A stretch of DNA of 64,000 nt, from the IMG/VR virus record IMGVR_UViG_3300034072_002212, positions 94,417 to 158,416 of that record. One strand, 5' to 3'. The stretch comes from a virus. Lineage: Duplodnaviria > Heunggongvirae > Uroviricota > Caudoviricetes. Position 1 is the first letter of the stretch; the number at the start of each line of letters is the position of its first letter. Shown piece by piece: positions 17,602 through 27,858 of this stretch. Under the pieces are notes generated by a model. That model was not told the origin of the DNA, made no database searches, and saw only the letters and a program-made list of their open reading frames with translations. The position numbers were made by a program, and so were the translations under genes.

Positions 17602-20427
17602 TTACATGCGGAAGCGTGCGTTCTTCAGCAGCGCCTCGAGCTCTGCGCGGAAAGCCTCATCGACTTCCTCGTCACCGTGCTGAACCTTGACGTCGTCGAT
17701 TAGGTCTTCGCCCTGGTCACCACCAAGAACTTCTTCATCACCCTCGAAGTGAGCCTTACGGAGAGAATGTGGGTAATCCTTGCTGAGCTGATCCTCCGCC
17801 TCCGGATCGCTGTTCGCGAACACGTGGTTCAGATCAGAGTCGTCCATCTCTTCTTCGCGCATCTTGTTGAATGCGGTCGAGAGACCTGCGTCGCGCTTCT
17901 TGAGACGCAGAGCTGCCTTTTCATCACCCCTAGCGGCCTTTTTCTCCTGACGGGCACGATCGCTCGCAGCCTTCGAGAAGTAGTCACCATACTTGGCTGG
18001 GCTCAGCTCGTCCAGCTGCTCTTCCTCAGTGGTCTTGCGGATGCTGACCTTCTCTGGCTTGCGATAAGCGCCAGCCTTGGTCAGAACGCCCTTGCTCATC
18101 GTCACAGTCTTGTGATCTGGTAGACGAACGTGCGCGTTGTCAAACGCAACCTTTGCCATCTTGTCATCAAGCGCAACGACTTCGCCCGAACCATAGACCT
18201 TGTGAGTCACGCGGTCACCAACTGCGAGGTCCTTGGAGAACTCTGGGTTGGTTGGCTCTGCCTTGGCCTGAGCTGGCATACCATGCGCCCAGTTGACGTA
18301 TGGCTCTTCGCTCAGCAGGTTCTCAGGATCAAAGCTTTCAAACCACTGTGCCAGTTCAGCTTCCTCACCAAACTTGTTGAACGCAGGGATCTTCTCCATG
18401 TCGTCAACATGCATGGTCTTTGCGCCACCATGAAGGAACTCGACCGAAGCAAGGTCACCCTCAATGGAAATCACGGTTGCTGGACCCATGTCGGTCGCAA
18501 CGTGATCACCGGCCGCAATACCGTGATGCTCTGGCTTCTCTTCGTATTCAGCGAACTCCTGAACCTCTTCAGAGATCTTCCAGCCGTTCTGCTCCAGCAC
18601 AGGCTTAACATCCTTGATAAACAGATCCTTTGCGGTATTAACGATGAAATCTTCAGTGCCATGATAGCCGTAGATGTCGTCGTTCTCCAGGGCCTTCACA
18701 ATATCGTGACAAATACCCTTGATAAAATAGTCCGCATCCATAGGATCAGTTTTGTCTTCGGGGCTAATAGTGTCGTCGAGGAATTCCTCGTAACCACCGT
18801 CCTTGAGGAATTCCTCGGCCGAGAAGTTATCTTCAAAATATTCTAGTGAACGCTCGATATCAGCTTCATTATCCTGATCGTATGGATTTGGAGCATAGTA
18901 GGACTCGTCCATTTCACCGCCATTGAGATCGTCCTCGAGGGTCTTGATCAGCTTGTTTGCGATAGTCGACTCTGCGCCGTCCAGCTTCTTGCCCTCAGCC
19001 ATCTTGTCGATGATGGTCGAAACATAGTTGAGCGTTGCGACGTTCGAGAGCGCGTGCTGGCTTACATAGAGGTCCAGATAAAAACGTGCCTTTGCGCCGG
19101 CATCTGCGAAGCCAGGGACGTGCTCTGGGAACTCAGGAGTTTGGAAGTGGCCGCCCAGGATAGCACGGAGACCATCAGCAAGCTCGTCAATACCCTTCTC
19201 GAATTCCTTACGGTCCTTGGGATCCTGGAAGTCAGTGTTGCCGGTTGCTGCGAAGCGGTGCTTGGTCCACTGAGTTGCGTAGTCCATAACAGCGTCAGCT
19301 TCGTTGATCTGGTAAGCCGCCTCGAGCAGATCCAGAACTTCCTGTGCGTCTTCGAAGATCTGTGCTTCATTGAACGCAACGTGGGAACCAAAGCGTGCGA
19401 AAGTTTCAGTGTCGTAGCCATACTCATCCAGGAGAGCTTCGACGAGTGCGTCAGCAGCGTCCTCCTCGAGAGTGAGGACACCGTGGAACATGGAGTTCTT
19501 GTCGGTCATGTTTTCACCCATTGTTAGCAGAGCGACTGGCATCAAAGACTCTGCCAGAGCATGGTTGGAATCAATCTGTAGAAGGGTCTGCAGGTAACCC
19601 AGACGGTCACTGGTTGCTTCACAGAGGTTAGTGGAGACTGATGGAAGACCAGCTTCCTTGATCGCAGCGTAACCACGGGGGCGAGACATGCTCAAAAATG
19701 CCCTACGAAGCTCAACGATGCGGGTCTTGATTGGGCTACGGAGTGCGATAGCCTCCTCGCCCAAGATGTTACGAGAGTGGTGGATATAGCGATTCACGCG
19801 GCCCAGCGCCAAGCTCTCTTGAGCCAAAATGGTCAGCTGGGTTCCCAGTTCATCATGTGGCTTACCGCCTTGATTGATGTGCTGGGCGAAGGCGCGGCCA
19901 GCCGAGAGATGATTCTCAGCAAACTTGAAACGCTCACCTTCCTTGGTCTCGACAAACATGGAAAGAATGTTGCGACCACGAGCGCCAATGACACCCTCGC
20001 GAACTGGCTGATAATGACGGATGATCAGCTTAGTGGGACCAAACTTCTGATAGGAAGTCTTAGTTGTTCCCCACATGCTGGCTTCCATCATAGATGCCTG
20101 ATACGCGAAGTCCTTGGGCTGAAGCTCACGTCCATACTTGCGGACGTTGAACAGAACATTGTAGCGAGTGGTGATCTGTCGGAGGGTATTGATCAGCTTG
20201 CTGATGCCACGAACATCGGTGCTCTGGCTCAAGTAGAGCTTGACCTCAGAGTCCGAGCCCGCCTCGATCACGCTTACCATGATATTATCTGGTGTTGCGA
20301 AAACTCGACGGGCCTTCTTGGGCTCATAAGTCTTGTTGCCATCCTCACCATAAAGAGTCAGAGTCTTACCTGATCCCTTGAGGACCTGGAACAGCTCTTC
20401 ACTCAGGCTATCAAACAACGAGCTCAT
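17602..20427 (-). CDS. Large acidic virion (probably internal head) protein with two SH3/Tudor-like modules
   Basis: 941 aa; late promoter 20452-20457; many (L/I/M)xE sites; GDHVAT..GPATV and GDRVTHKVYGSGEVV modules. Confidence 0.6.
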   Translation of the reverse strand: MSSLFDSLSEELFQVLKGSGKTLTLYGEDGNKTYEPKKARRVFATPDNIMVSVIEAGSDSEVKLYLSQSTDVRGISKLINTLRQITTRYNVLFNVRKYGRELQPKDFAYQASMMEASMWGTTKTSYQKFGPTKLIIRHYQPVREGVIGARGRNILSMFVETKEGERFKFAENHLSAGRAFAQHINQGGKPHDELGTQLTILAQESLALGRVNRYIHHSRNILGEEAIALRSPIKTRIVELRRAFLSMSRPRGYAAIKEAGLPSVSTNLCEATSDRLGYLQTLLQIDSNHALAESLMPVALLTMGENMTDKNSMFHGVLTLEEDAADALVEALLDEYGYDTETFARFGSHVAFNEAQIFEDAQEVLDLLEAAYQINEADAVMDYATQWTKHRFAATGNTDFQDPKDRKEFEKGIDELADGLRAILGGHFQTPEFPEHVPGFADAGAKARFYLDLYVSQHALSNVATLNYVSTIIDKMAEGKKLDGAESTIANKLIKTLEDDLNGGEMDESYYAPNPYDQDNEADIERSLEYFEDNFSAEEFLKDGGYEEFLDDTISPEDKTDPMDADYFIKGICHDIVKALENDDIYGYHGTEDFIVNTAKDLFIKDVKPVLEQNGWKISEEVQEFAEYEEKPEHHGIAAGDHVATDMGPATVISIEGDLASVEFLHGGAKTMHVDDMEKIPAFNKFGEEAELAQWFESFDPENLLSEEPYVNWAHGMPAQAKAEPTNPEFSKDLAVGDRVTHKVYGSGEVVALDDKMAKVAFDNAHVRLPDHKTVTMSKGVLTKAGAYRKPEKVSIRKTTEEEQLDELSPAKYGDYFSKAASDRARQEKKAARGDEKAALRLKKRDAGLSTAFNKMREEEMDDSDLNHVFANSDPEAEDQLSKDYPHSLRKAHFEGDEEVLGGDQGEDLIDDVKVQHGDEEVDEAFRAELEALLKNARFRM

Positions 20428-20471
20428 GCGTTTCCCTCCACTAAGTGCTGATATTTAGCGGAAAAGGAACC

Positions 20472-22058
20472 TTAGACTACGATAGGCATTGGCGCGGTGC
20501 CGCCATCGTCATCCTCGGAGCCAACAGACTTGAGGTTCTCCTCAATCTCCTCTTCCCAGTCAGCGCAAATCTGGAGCAAGCGAACAATCTGAAGCGCACC
20601 CATGACCAAGTCATCATTGACGCCAATCTTGCCCTTGTAGCTACCACCACCGCGCACAAAGTTCTTGAGCTCGCTGAGTAGCGCACGCGACTTCAAAGTC
20701 ATGCGGCGGGTCTCAATGAGAGTCTTGAAGCGAGCGCACGCGGTCATCTTAGTGCGGGTGTTGGTGTTCAGACCCTTACGACCGCGACCACCACCACTCT
20801 TGCGAGGCTCGTGGGTGAAGATGCCGGGGAAGTTTTCTTCACCAATGTTGTCGATTTGAACCAGCGCAGCTTCGCCCAGACTGTTGTTCTCCACTGTCCA
20901 GTAGATCTCTGGATCACCATCTTGTTCAGGGTGATTCGAGAGCATGTGGTGGATGTAGAGCAGACACTTGCGAAGGATCTCGACCTGATCCTGCGTGATC
21001 GTCTTGTTGTGACGCCACTCAGCAACCTGCGTCATAGTGCTCAGATCGAATACCTGAATAGCCGCATAGTCGGAACCAGTGCCCATCGAAGGATCGAGGG
21101 TTGCGCCGTAGATGTGGTTTGGCTTTGGCTCTTCAAACCAACGAACCTGTCCAATCTTAAAGATCGGATCCTGTGGGCTCAGGTTGGCGAGAACCATTGG
21201 GTTGATGAGGGTTTCGTCTTCAGAAACAAACTTACATTCAAACTCGCGCTGGAACTTTTCTTCGCCCAGCTGACCACGCTGAATCCTTGCCCATTCATCG
21301 TCACGCTCTGGGTTCTTGTCCCAAGTGACTCGCAGAGGCTTGTAGCCGTTGCTGCCCAGACCACCAGGAATCTCGTTACCGTGCTCGTCGATGTTGTTGA
21401 TTGCCGAGAACCAGATCTTTGCGAACTGATCTTCGTCGTTGTTTGGCGTCGAGGTGATGATGCAGCTACCACCCGTGGACAGCGTTGGCTGAATAGCCGA
21501 CCAGAACTCTTCTGCCTTGTTGGGCTGAACGAACGCGAACTCGTCCAGGTAGAGCAGGGAGATCGAAAGACCACGACCTGCGTCCTTGGACGTCGCGCGG
21601 CTGATGATCCTGGAGCCATTGTCGAAGGCGATCGTGCCCTTGTTGTATTCCACGACACCACTGCGGAGCCAGTTATACTGCTCGAGGTTTTCGTAAGCGA
21701 AACGGATACGATCCATGATCTCGAGAGCGGCCACGAACTTGTTAGCTGCGATGAGGATTGTGGTGTCGGGCTCAAACATGGCCTTCCAAAGCAGGAAGCC
21801 TGCAGCGCACGTGGTCTTGCCCATCTGACGGGCAGTCAGCGCAATACAATACCTGTTCTTATGGAACGCATCGATCATTTCTTCCTGGTATGGCCAGAGC
21901 TCAAATGGAACTCGACCATGCTTGGGGTGCTGGATCTTGACGTAGTTCTTACAGAAGTAGAGCGGGTCGCTCATGCACTTCTTAAGTTCCTCAATCTGGT
22001 TGAGGTTGAAGCGGTCCTTACTGTACCCCTTCTTAATGATTTCAACTTCTTTAGCCAT
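20472..22058 (-). CDS. gp17: Terminase large subunit (gp17)
   Basis: LWPYQ, ARQMGKTT, LYLDEFAF, ITSTPN, FQREFEC, NDDLVM. Confidence 0.95.
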   Translation of the reverse strand: MAKEVEIIKKGYSKDRFNLNQIEELKKCMSDPLYFCKNYVKIQHPKHGRVPFELWPYQEEMIDAFHKNRYCIALTARQMGKTTCAAGFLLWKAMFEPDTTILIAANKFVAALEIMDRIRFAYENLEQYNWLRSGVVEYNKGTIAFDNGSRIISRATSKDAGRGLSISLLYLDEFAFVQPNKAEEFWSAIQPTLSTGGSCIITSTPNNDEDQFAKIWFSAINNIDEHGNEIPGGLGSNGYKPLRVTWDKNPERDDEWARIQRGQLGEEKFQREFECKFVSEDETLINPMVLANLSPQDPIFKIGQVRWFEEPKPNHIYGATLDPSMGTGSDYAAIQVFDLSTMTQVAEWRHNKTITQDQVEILRKCLLYIHHMLSNHPEQDGDPEIYWTVENNSLGEAALVQIDNIGEENFPGIFTHEPRKSGGGRGRKGLNTNTRTKMTACARFKTLIETRRMTLKSRALLSELKNFVRGGGSYKGKIGVNDDLVMGALQIVRLLQICADWEEEIEENLKSVGSEDDDGGTAPMPIVV

Positions 22059-22105
22059 AGATAGAGGGACCCTGGATAGAAACTACCCAGGGTCTGAGTC
22101 CTTTC

Positions 22106-23344
22106 TTACTTGTTCTTGAACTCACTCATAAGCGACTCCATGGTGACCTTCTTTTCGGCCTTTGGAGCAACCGGTGCGTTCTTCGTATTGGCTTCCTCGA
22201 CATACTCGCGGAAGCTCTTTGGTTTGATAGTCTCATCAATATCTTCAAAGTCCATATCGTTCAGGTAAACAATGGACTTACCATTCTTGTGACTAACAAG
22301 CCATACTCCGTCCACTACTGGATCTGGACGAGCAGTAGCACCGTCCATGTTGTGGCTGCTCATGAACTTCATGAACTCGATTGCGCCTTGCTCGGTATCA
22401 GGAAACTGACCACGCTTGTCGTCAAATGGACCTTCAGCAAGAGGATTGTCACCCGAGCGAGCCGGAACTGACTTTGTGGCAGGCTGAACGATTTCCTTGG
22501 AAGCCTTGCCAGCAAACTCTTCTGGGCCAACTTCGTGCGTGCGGTAATCGTATTCGGCCGACTCTTCCATTTCTTCGCTGATCCAAGCAACGAAGTAGAG
22601 AGCTGGCTTGGTAAGATCCATGCCACCCTCGACGTCATAGTCGTTTGGCATGAACTGCGCCATGTGGTCTTCAAAGCCAGTTGTATCACCGCCGAGCGCC
22701 ATGCAGCGATCGTGGGCTTCTTCACCAGCACCGTCTTCACCAAACTGCGCGAACTCTTCTGGGGTTACAGTGGTCCAAGCAATGCGTGCGGTCTCGCCGT
22801 AGCCATTCTCTTCCTCTTCGCAACCCTGAGAACCAACCAGCTTTTCCTCCATGAACTCATAGACGAAATCTTCAGCATTCTCGTTGAGAGCCTGCTCTTC
22901 AACTGGCCCCTCGAGGTCCATACCCATATCTACGTCGGCGGCACAATCAACACATGGCTCTTCAGCTGGAACCATTTCTGGTTCAGTAACTGGCTCTTCA
23001 ACTGGGGCTGGGTCAACGATGTGATCATCGTCCATCTCTGCGCCCATGTCGGCAACCTGTGCTTCCATATCACCAACCGCCTGGAACTCTGGCTCCAGCA
23101 TGTTCATGATCGCACGCAGATTTGGTGCGTTGATCGTGGTCGACATGCTATTCAGATCGTCAATGTTCTCGCTGGCAGTCAGGGTTGCTGGACCATTAAA
23201 CATTGCGCTCTTGATACCTGCGTTCTTGAGCAGGGTCACGAGGTCCATCGTAGATGCGGCGTTAATAGTGGTGCTGGAGTTCAGCTCACCATCGGTGCTC
23301 GACACGTTGAGGCTCACGGCCTCATCAAGCTTCTTCTCGGTCAT
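22106..23344 (-). CDS. Acidic putative head/virion protein
   Basis: 412 aa, very D/E-rich, internal NS(M)STTINA repeat; late operon. Confidence 0.6.
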   Translation of the reverse strand: MTEKKLDEAVSLNVSSTDGELNSSTTINAASTMDLVTLLKNAGIKSAMFNGPATLTASENIDDLNSMSTTINAPNLRAIMNMLEPEFQAVGDMEAQVADMGAEMDDDHIVDPAPVEEPVTEPEMVPAEEPCVDCAADVDMGMDLEGPVEEQALNENAEDFVYEFMEEKLVGSQGCEEEENGYGETARIAWTTVTPEEFAQFGEDGAGEEAHDRCMALGGDTTGFEDHMAQFMPNDYDVEGGMDLTKPALYFVAWISEEMEESAEYDYRTHEVGPEEFAGKASKEIVQPATKSVPARSGDNPLAEGPFDDKRGQFPDTEQGAIEFMKFMSSHNMDGATARPDPVVDGVWLVSHKNGKSIVYLNDMDFEDIDETIKPKSFREYVEEANTKNAPVAPKAEKKVTMESLMSEFKNK

Positions 23345-23346
23345 GA

Positions 23347-24054
23347 TTAGCCCTTCCTCTTGACGTTCTCGTCATAGTTACCGTGGTTGCCGGCGAGGTT
23401 TGGCTTCTCAGCCTTGGTGCCTGCCTTCTTGGTGTTGCTGTGAACTGGCTTCACAGTGTCGTGATCCTTGTTGAAGTCATCAGCAACGGTCTTGTCCTTG
23501 GGATTGAGCCAGGAGAACTTGTTGGTCTTCTTGACTTCCTCGATTGCTGGAACAGTCTTGGCTTCAGCATCGGCCTTGATCTGGGCAAGATAGTTCAGGA
23601 ACTTCTTGTTGTAGGCATCACCGTAGGCGACTTCCTTGGGCTGGTCTTCAGCCTCATAGAAAGGATCCTCAAGCTTGGCCTTGGCCTCGTCGTCCTTGTG
23701 GATCTCTTCAATCTTCTCTGCCTCGATCTCAACGGGCTCATTCTCACCGCGAACGACAAGCATCTTATCGGCGATTTGGAACGCAGAACGGAGTTCAGTA
23801 GCGAGAACATAGGAAGATGCTGGAACACCAGTCTTGATGTCCAGGACCCAAATCTCTGCCATAGGGAAGTCCTTGAAATCCAGCGGAGCCTTCTGAGCCA
23901 TCAGCTTCTTGGCCTTGCTGACATCCTGGATATCATACTTGAACAGAGCCTTCTTTAGGGTCTCAACGAAGTGGTCATCCATAGGGAGAACCGACTTGAT
24001 GCGATACCCGTAGCTCTTGGCCGACTCGGCCAGATAGTGGTAAAAAGATTTCAT
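23347..24054 (-). CDS. Putative head protein
   Basis: MKSFYHYLAES N-terminus typical of protease-processed T4-like head proteins; late promoter 24082-24087. Confidence 0.6.
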   Translation of the reverse strand: MKSFYHYLAESAKSYGYRIKSVLPMDDHFVETLKKALFKYDIQDVSKAKKLMAQKAPLDFKDFPMAEIWVLDIKTGVPASSYVLATELRSAFQIADKMLVVRGENEPVEIEAEKIEEIHKDDEAKAKLEDPFYEAEDQPKEVAYGDAYNKKFLNYLAQIKADAEAKTVPAIEEVKKTNKFSWLNPKDKTVADDFNKDHDTVKPVHSNTKKAGTKAEKPNLAGNHGNYDENVKRKG

Positions 24055-24098
24055 GGCGCTCCTCACTCTTGGAGTTTCGCCTATTTATTGGATTTGCT

Positions 24099-24611
24099 TT
24101 AGATCTCGCCCTTGCGGATCTTTTCCATCAGATCGTTGCGGTTCGCCGTGATTGTTGAACCACCATTGTCGATGATTTCACCATCTTCAACGCCCTGATT
24201 CATCTCTCGATCATGCTTTTCTTGTTCCATGATCAGCTTGATACGCTCCATCTTCTTGGTGGCCTTAGACTGAGATGCCTTGAGTGCGATCTCGAGGGCC
24301 TTGAGAGCGGGCTGGAATGCGTTGGGACCAGCGTTCTTGGGTTCGATGTTGAAGCCAAGGTCCATGAGATCCTTGTGAGCCCTCATAGCCTGTTCATAGA
24401 TGTCATCGGCCTCAATCTGATGTTCTTGAACGCCCGCCTTGTCTCCCTGCTTCTGGATAGCTATGGGAGAAGTGTTTGCGAGGGCATTAGCCATCTTCTC
24501 GACCTCGGGATTAGCAGGCGCCGGTGCTTCTTCACCCTGAGCCTCTGCGAGCTCTCTGAGGGCATCCTCGAGGCGTGGCAGGTTCAGTTCGTCTTCTAGT
24601 GATTTGGTCAT
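24099..24611 (-). CDS. Possible terminase small subunit
   Basis: Helical 170 aa protein ending NRNDLMEKIRKG, near gp4 and gp17; inference from size and context. Confidence 0.4.
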   Translation of the reverse strand: MTKSLEDELNLPRLEDALRELAEAQGEEAPAPANPEVEKMANALANTSPIAIQKQGDKAGVQEHQIEADDIYEQAMRAHKDLMDLGFNIEPKNAGPNAFQPALKALEIALKASQSKATKKMERIKLIMEQEKHDREMNQGVEDGEIIDNGGSTITANRNDLMEKIRKGEI

Positions 24612-24618
24612 ACTCTAC

Positions 24619-25056
24619 TTACCTGCCTCCACCGGCCTGGCGGTAGAGCTGCTTTTCGGTCATGATGCGGAACTTGATGCCGTTAGCCTTGCACCAATCA
24701 TAAGCAGCTTGCCACTTGGCCTCATTGAGCGTGATAGCGTCCAGGTCCTTTTGGGTCCTTGCAGCTTCTGGAATGCTCTGGCTGAGTGGCTTGATCTCAA
24801 TAATCTCACCGTGGCGAGATCCATTTTTGTCAGTGTAGATGATGAAGAAGTCGGGAATATAGTTGCGGACCTTACCAGTGAAGGGATCCTGATACTGAAT
24901 CTTGATCGACTCTGATGCCCACTGCTCAACATAAGGATGCTGATCGCATAGGTTCATGAACGTCAATTCCCACGCGCTGCGGTATGTGATGGGATAGGTG
25001 CCCACATACTTCTCGGGATTCTTGGGTTCAAAGGCGCCCTGATTGTAATGTGCCAT
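24619..25056 (-). CDS. gp4: Head completion nuclease (gp4, TnsA-like)
   Basis: PKNPEKYVG, YRSAWE, WASE, YIPDF, IEIKP. Confidence 0.9.
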   Translation of the reverse strand: MAHYNQGAFEPKNPEKYVGTYPITYRSAWELTFMNLCDQHPYVEQWASESIKIQYQDPFTGKVRNYIPDFFIIYTDKNGSRHGEIIEIKPLSQSIPEAARTQKDLDAITLNEAKWQAAYDWCKANGIKFRIMTEKQLYRQAGGGR

Positions 25057-26117
25057 TAGAAAAGCTTTCCGGGCTTACCAAAGAGAGCTCCCTTGAGGAG
25101 TCCCTGGACACCCTGCGTTGCCGCGCCGGTATTGCCGGACACGAGGTTCTTGAGGCTATTGGCTGCGGTCTTACCAATGGCGAGACCGCGATTTGCGTCA
25201 TAGGCACCGGCGACTTCGCTGATGATGCCACCCACACTACCAAATCCTTGTCCAGTGATGCCGCTCATCAGATTGCGCTGGAGAACATTGCCCACAACAT
25301 CACCAAAATCGCTGGTAATTGCGTTGGGTCCATTAGCCATACCGGGCTGGAAATCCAGTGGTGTTTCTACTTCCACGTCCCAGAACAAGCCCATATCAAG
25401 ACCCGCTTCCTGGACCACCTGTGGTGTGATTGGCTCTGGTTCAGCATAAACGATGCCCTCGAAAGCGATGGACATCTGAATCTCGTTGGTAACGGCTGCG
25501 GCAGCGTAGTCGAAGTCGTCTGGATTATAGCTGGTGATCTTGGGATTGATCAGATCGAAGCGTTCCATATACCCGTTGTAGAACTGGTAAACGGAAATGT
25601 GGCTAAAGAAGTAGCCATAGTTCTGATCTTCCAAAGGAGGCAAGAAGCCCCACTTACCAGTCTCAAAACCTTCACCGGTCACAATGTCATAGACAGTGGC
25701 ACCCGATGAGCCAGCACCATAGATCTTGGAGTCACCATAGTAATACTGGTAATACTCGATGAACATGCGGCGCAGGGCAGGATCCATGGTGTCGTGGAAC
25801 TTGACCTGTAGGGGTTCAAAGGTATGATTGGTCTGGACGATGCGCTTGCGGTTATACTGGTTCAGGACCTGAGTCTCGAACTCTACGCGAGGGCGGTCGA
25901 TGTTCTTAACTTCAAAGCCGACCTTGCGAAGCCAGTCGCTTCCACCCGCATTGTCGGGGCGGAGAAACTTCATCCAAAAGAGGAATTTAGACTTCGGGGC
26001 ATTGGCAAAGACCCGCCCCGTAAGTCCATAGTTCGTCGCGGCGGTATGGCTATCAGCCAACATGAGCTGATTGCCATTTGCGTCACTACGACGCCCGCCG
26101 CGAGAAGTGTCAGCCAT
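25056..26117 (-). CDS. Tail-tube-like baseplate/tube initiator protein
   Basis: VKNIDRPRVEFETQVLNQYNRKR, VKFHD; gp19-like fold motifs; follows the tube gene. Confidence 0.6.
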   Translation of the reverse strand: MADTSRGGRRSDANGNQLMLADSHTAATNYGLTGRVFANAPKSKFLFWMKFLRPDNAGGSDWLRKVGFEVKNIDRPRVEFETQVLNQYNRKRIVQTNHTFEPLQVKFHDTMDPALRRMFIEYYQYYYGDSKIYGAGSSGATVYDIVTGEGFETGKWGFLPPLEDQNYGYFFSHISVYQFYNGYMERFDLINPKITSYNPDDFDYAAAAVTNEIQMSIAFEGIVYAEPEPITPQVVQEAGLDMGLFWDVEVETPLDFQPGMANGPNAITSDFGDVVGNVLQRNLMSGITGQGFGSVGGIISEVAGAYDANRGLAIGKTAANSLKNLVSGNTGAATQGVQGLLKGALFGKPGKLF

Positions 26118-26128
26118 AAACTACGACC

Positions 26129-26713
26129 TTACAGGCGGTTACCTGGGATCATCTCAGGCAGAGTGGTCATCAGACCATTTGCTAGAGTTGCGTTGTCGTA
26201 GCGAACGGTCAGCGTGATGGTCTGGAAGCCAGACTCACTGTAGTCGAGTTCGCTGTAGGTAACGTCCTGCAGGAAGCAACCTTCGAGGGTCCAGGTCTCA
26301 ACAACAGTGTCGTTGCCGCCGTCCATGGTCTCGATGATGGTCACAAACTTGTAGTTGATACCAGCTGCGAAAGCAGTCTGCTCAAAGTGGTTGAGCTGCT
26401 TCTGAAGCTGATGGCCAACGAGCTTGCTGACGTTGTTGGTCAGGTCGTCCTTGAGCTCGATCTCGATGGTGTTCCACGAGTGCTTACCGGCATAGTAAGC
26501 GACCGAGTTGTAGGAATCGACCTTGACCTCTTCGTGCGAGATCTTTGGCTTCGAAGCGCGCTGGACCTGCTGGGTGAAGTCGAGACCACCAGCGATTGGG
26601 CCGAAGTTGACCACGCGGACGCGGAAGCGATACTTATACTTGAGCTGGAGCAGACCACCACGGCCTTGGCCGCCGCCTAGTGGAACGCCGAATTTGGAGA
26701 GTGTCTCTGCCAT
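26129..26713 (-). CDS. gp19: Tail tube protein (gp19)
   Basis: YRFRV, WNTIEIELKDD, WTLEGCF, ELDYS, LTVRYD. Confidence 0.88.
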   Translation of the reverse strand: MAETLSKFGVPLGGGQGRGGLLQLKYKYRFRVRVVNFGPIAGGLDFTQQVQRASKPKISHEEVKVDSYNSVAYYAGKHSWNTIEIELKDDLTNNVSKLVGHQLQKQLNHFEQTAFAAGINYKFVTIIETMDGGNDTVVETWTLEGCFLQDVTYSELDYSESGFQTITLTVRYDNATLANGLMTTLPEMIPGNRL

Positions 26714-26806
26714 GGTAATCCTCCGATCGAAGTGGGGGTTTCTCTTATTTACCTGGCTCTTGACGAATAGGTTGAGATATGGCTGAAACTCTTTATAAGT
26801 AGGAGA

Positions 26807-27511
26807 ATGAATCGCTTCTTTGTTTACGCGCTAGTGGATCCAAGAAACCAGCAGCCCTTCTACATCGGTAAGGGGTGCGGAGAGCGCCCAAAGAAGCATC
26901 TCACAGAGACGCTAGAGCAGACCGACAACGTGAGGAAATTCTACAAGATCCAAGCTTTGCGAGAAGCCGGAGTTGAGCCGACAATCTTGAAGCTCAAGGA
27001 GGATCTCAGTGAAGTTGAAGCATTCCAGTTTGAGGAAGAGCAAATCCGTTACTATGGACGGAAAGGTCTAGAACCAGACGGTATCCTCACGAACCTTGTG
27101 TTCGACAATCAGCCACCAAGCCGTATCGGACGAAAGCATTCTGAGGCCACAAAGCTGAAGATCAGCCAGTCCATGACTGGTAAGCCGAAGTCGTCAGAAC
27201 ACCGCGCTAACATCGGTGCAGCCAAAGCTGGAGAGAATAGCCCACATTGGGGCCAGCCGGTTCCGGAGGAACGCAAAGCAAAGATCCGTCAGGGAAACTT
27301 AGGGAAAAAGCGTTCAGAGGATGTTCGTCGGAACATGGCCCAAGCCCACGCGGTCAAATATGAGGTGATCAGTCCGGAGGGGAAGAGAAGGATCTTAGAC
27401 AGCCTCATGCTACAGAAGCTCTGTGATAGCATGGGGCTGAATAAGACGTCCTTCACAAACTCTTGTAGGGCAGGACGCACCTACAAGGGGTGGGGTATCA
27501 AGCGGCTTTAG
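26807..27511 (+). CDS. GIY-YIG/NUMOD3 free-standing homing endonuclease
   Basis: FFVYALVDP...PFYIGKG; LTN; RKHSEATKLKIS; YKGW C-terminus; TATAAGTA promoter 26794-26801. Confidence 0.85.
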   Translation: MNRFFVYALVDPRNQQPFYIGKGCGERPKKHLTETLEQTDNVRKFYKIQALREAGVEPTILKLKEDLSEVEAFQFEEEQIRYYGRKGLEPDGILTNLVFDNQPPSRIGRKHSEATKLKISQSMTGKPKSSEHRANIGAAKAGENSPHWGQPVPEERKAKIRQGNLGKKRSEDVRRNMAQAHAVKYEVISPEGKRRILDSLMLQKLCDSMGLNKTSFTNSCRAGRTYKGWGIKRL

Positions 27512-27846
27512 CCGCGGCCACGAGGCCCTTCAATATGCTTCGTAGCAATACCGACACCCTTGCGAAGCTTGGCAAAGCACTCGTGGAGACAGTGACCTGC
27601 TGGAAGGCTCTTCTCACTAAGGCTCTCATGCTTCAGGCTTTTGTGGATCATGGCCTCTAGCGACTCGCACATATTGCGAAAGTCGTCGTGGGAAACCTCT
27701 GAACCCCAGCCATCACGGATGGATGCTTTCAGGTGATCATGAAGAGCATCGTAGACGATGTCTACGTTGTCGCAGATCACACTATCCATGATCCAGACCT
27801 GCATGGTCTCAAGCGAGTCTGGAAATGGTCCGGTGTATTCAGGCAC
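27508..27846 (-). CDS. Hypothetical protein
   Basis: 112 aa ORF. Confidence 0.5.
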   Translation of the reverse strand: MPEYTGPFPDSLETMQVWIMDSVICDNVDIVYDALHDHLKASIRDGWGSEVSHDDFRNMCESLEAMIHKSLKHESLSEKSLPAGHCLHECFAKLRKGVGIATKHIEGPRGRG

Positions 27847-27858
27847 AGGTGGGTTCCT

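Noticed and set aside
20811-22064. 417-aa plus-strand ORF
   Set aside because: Shadow of terminase
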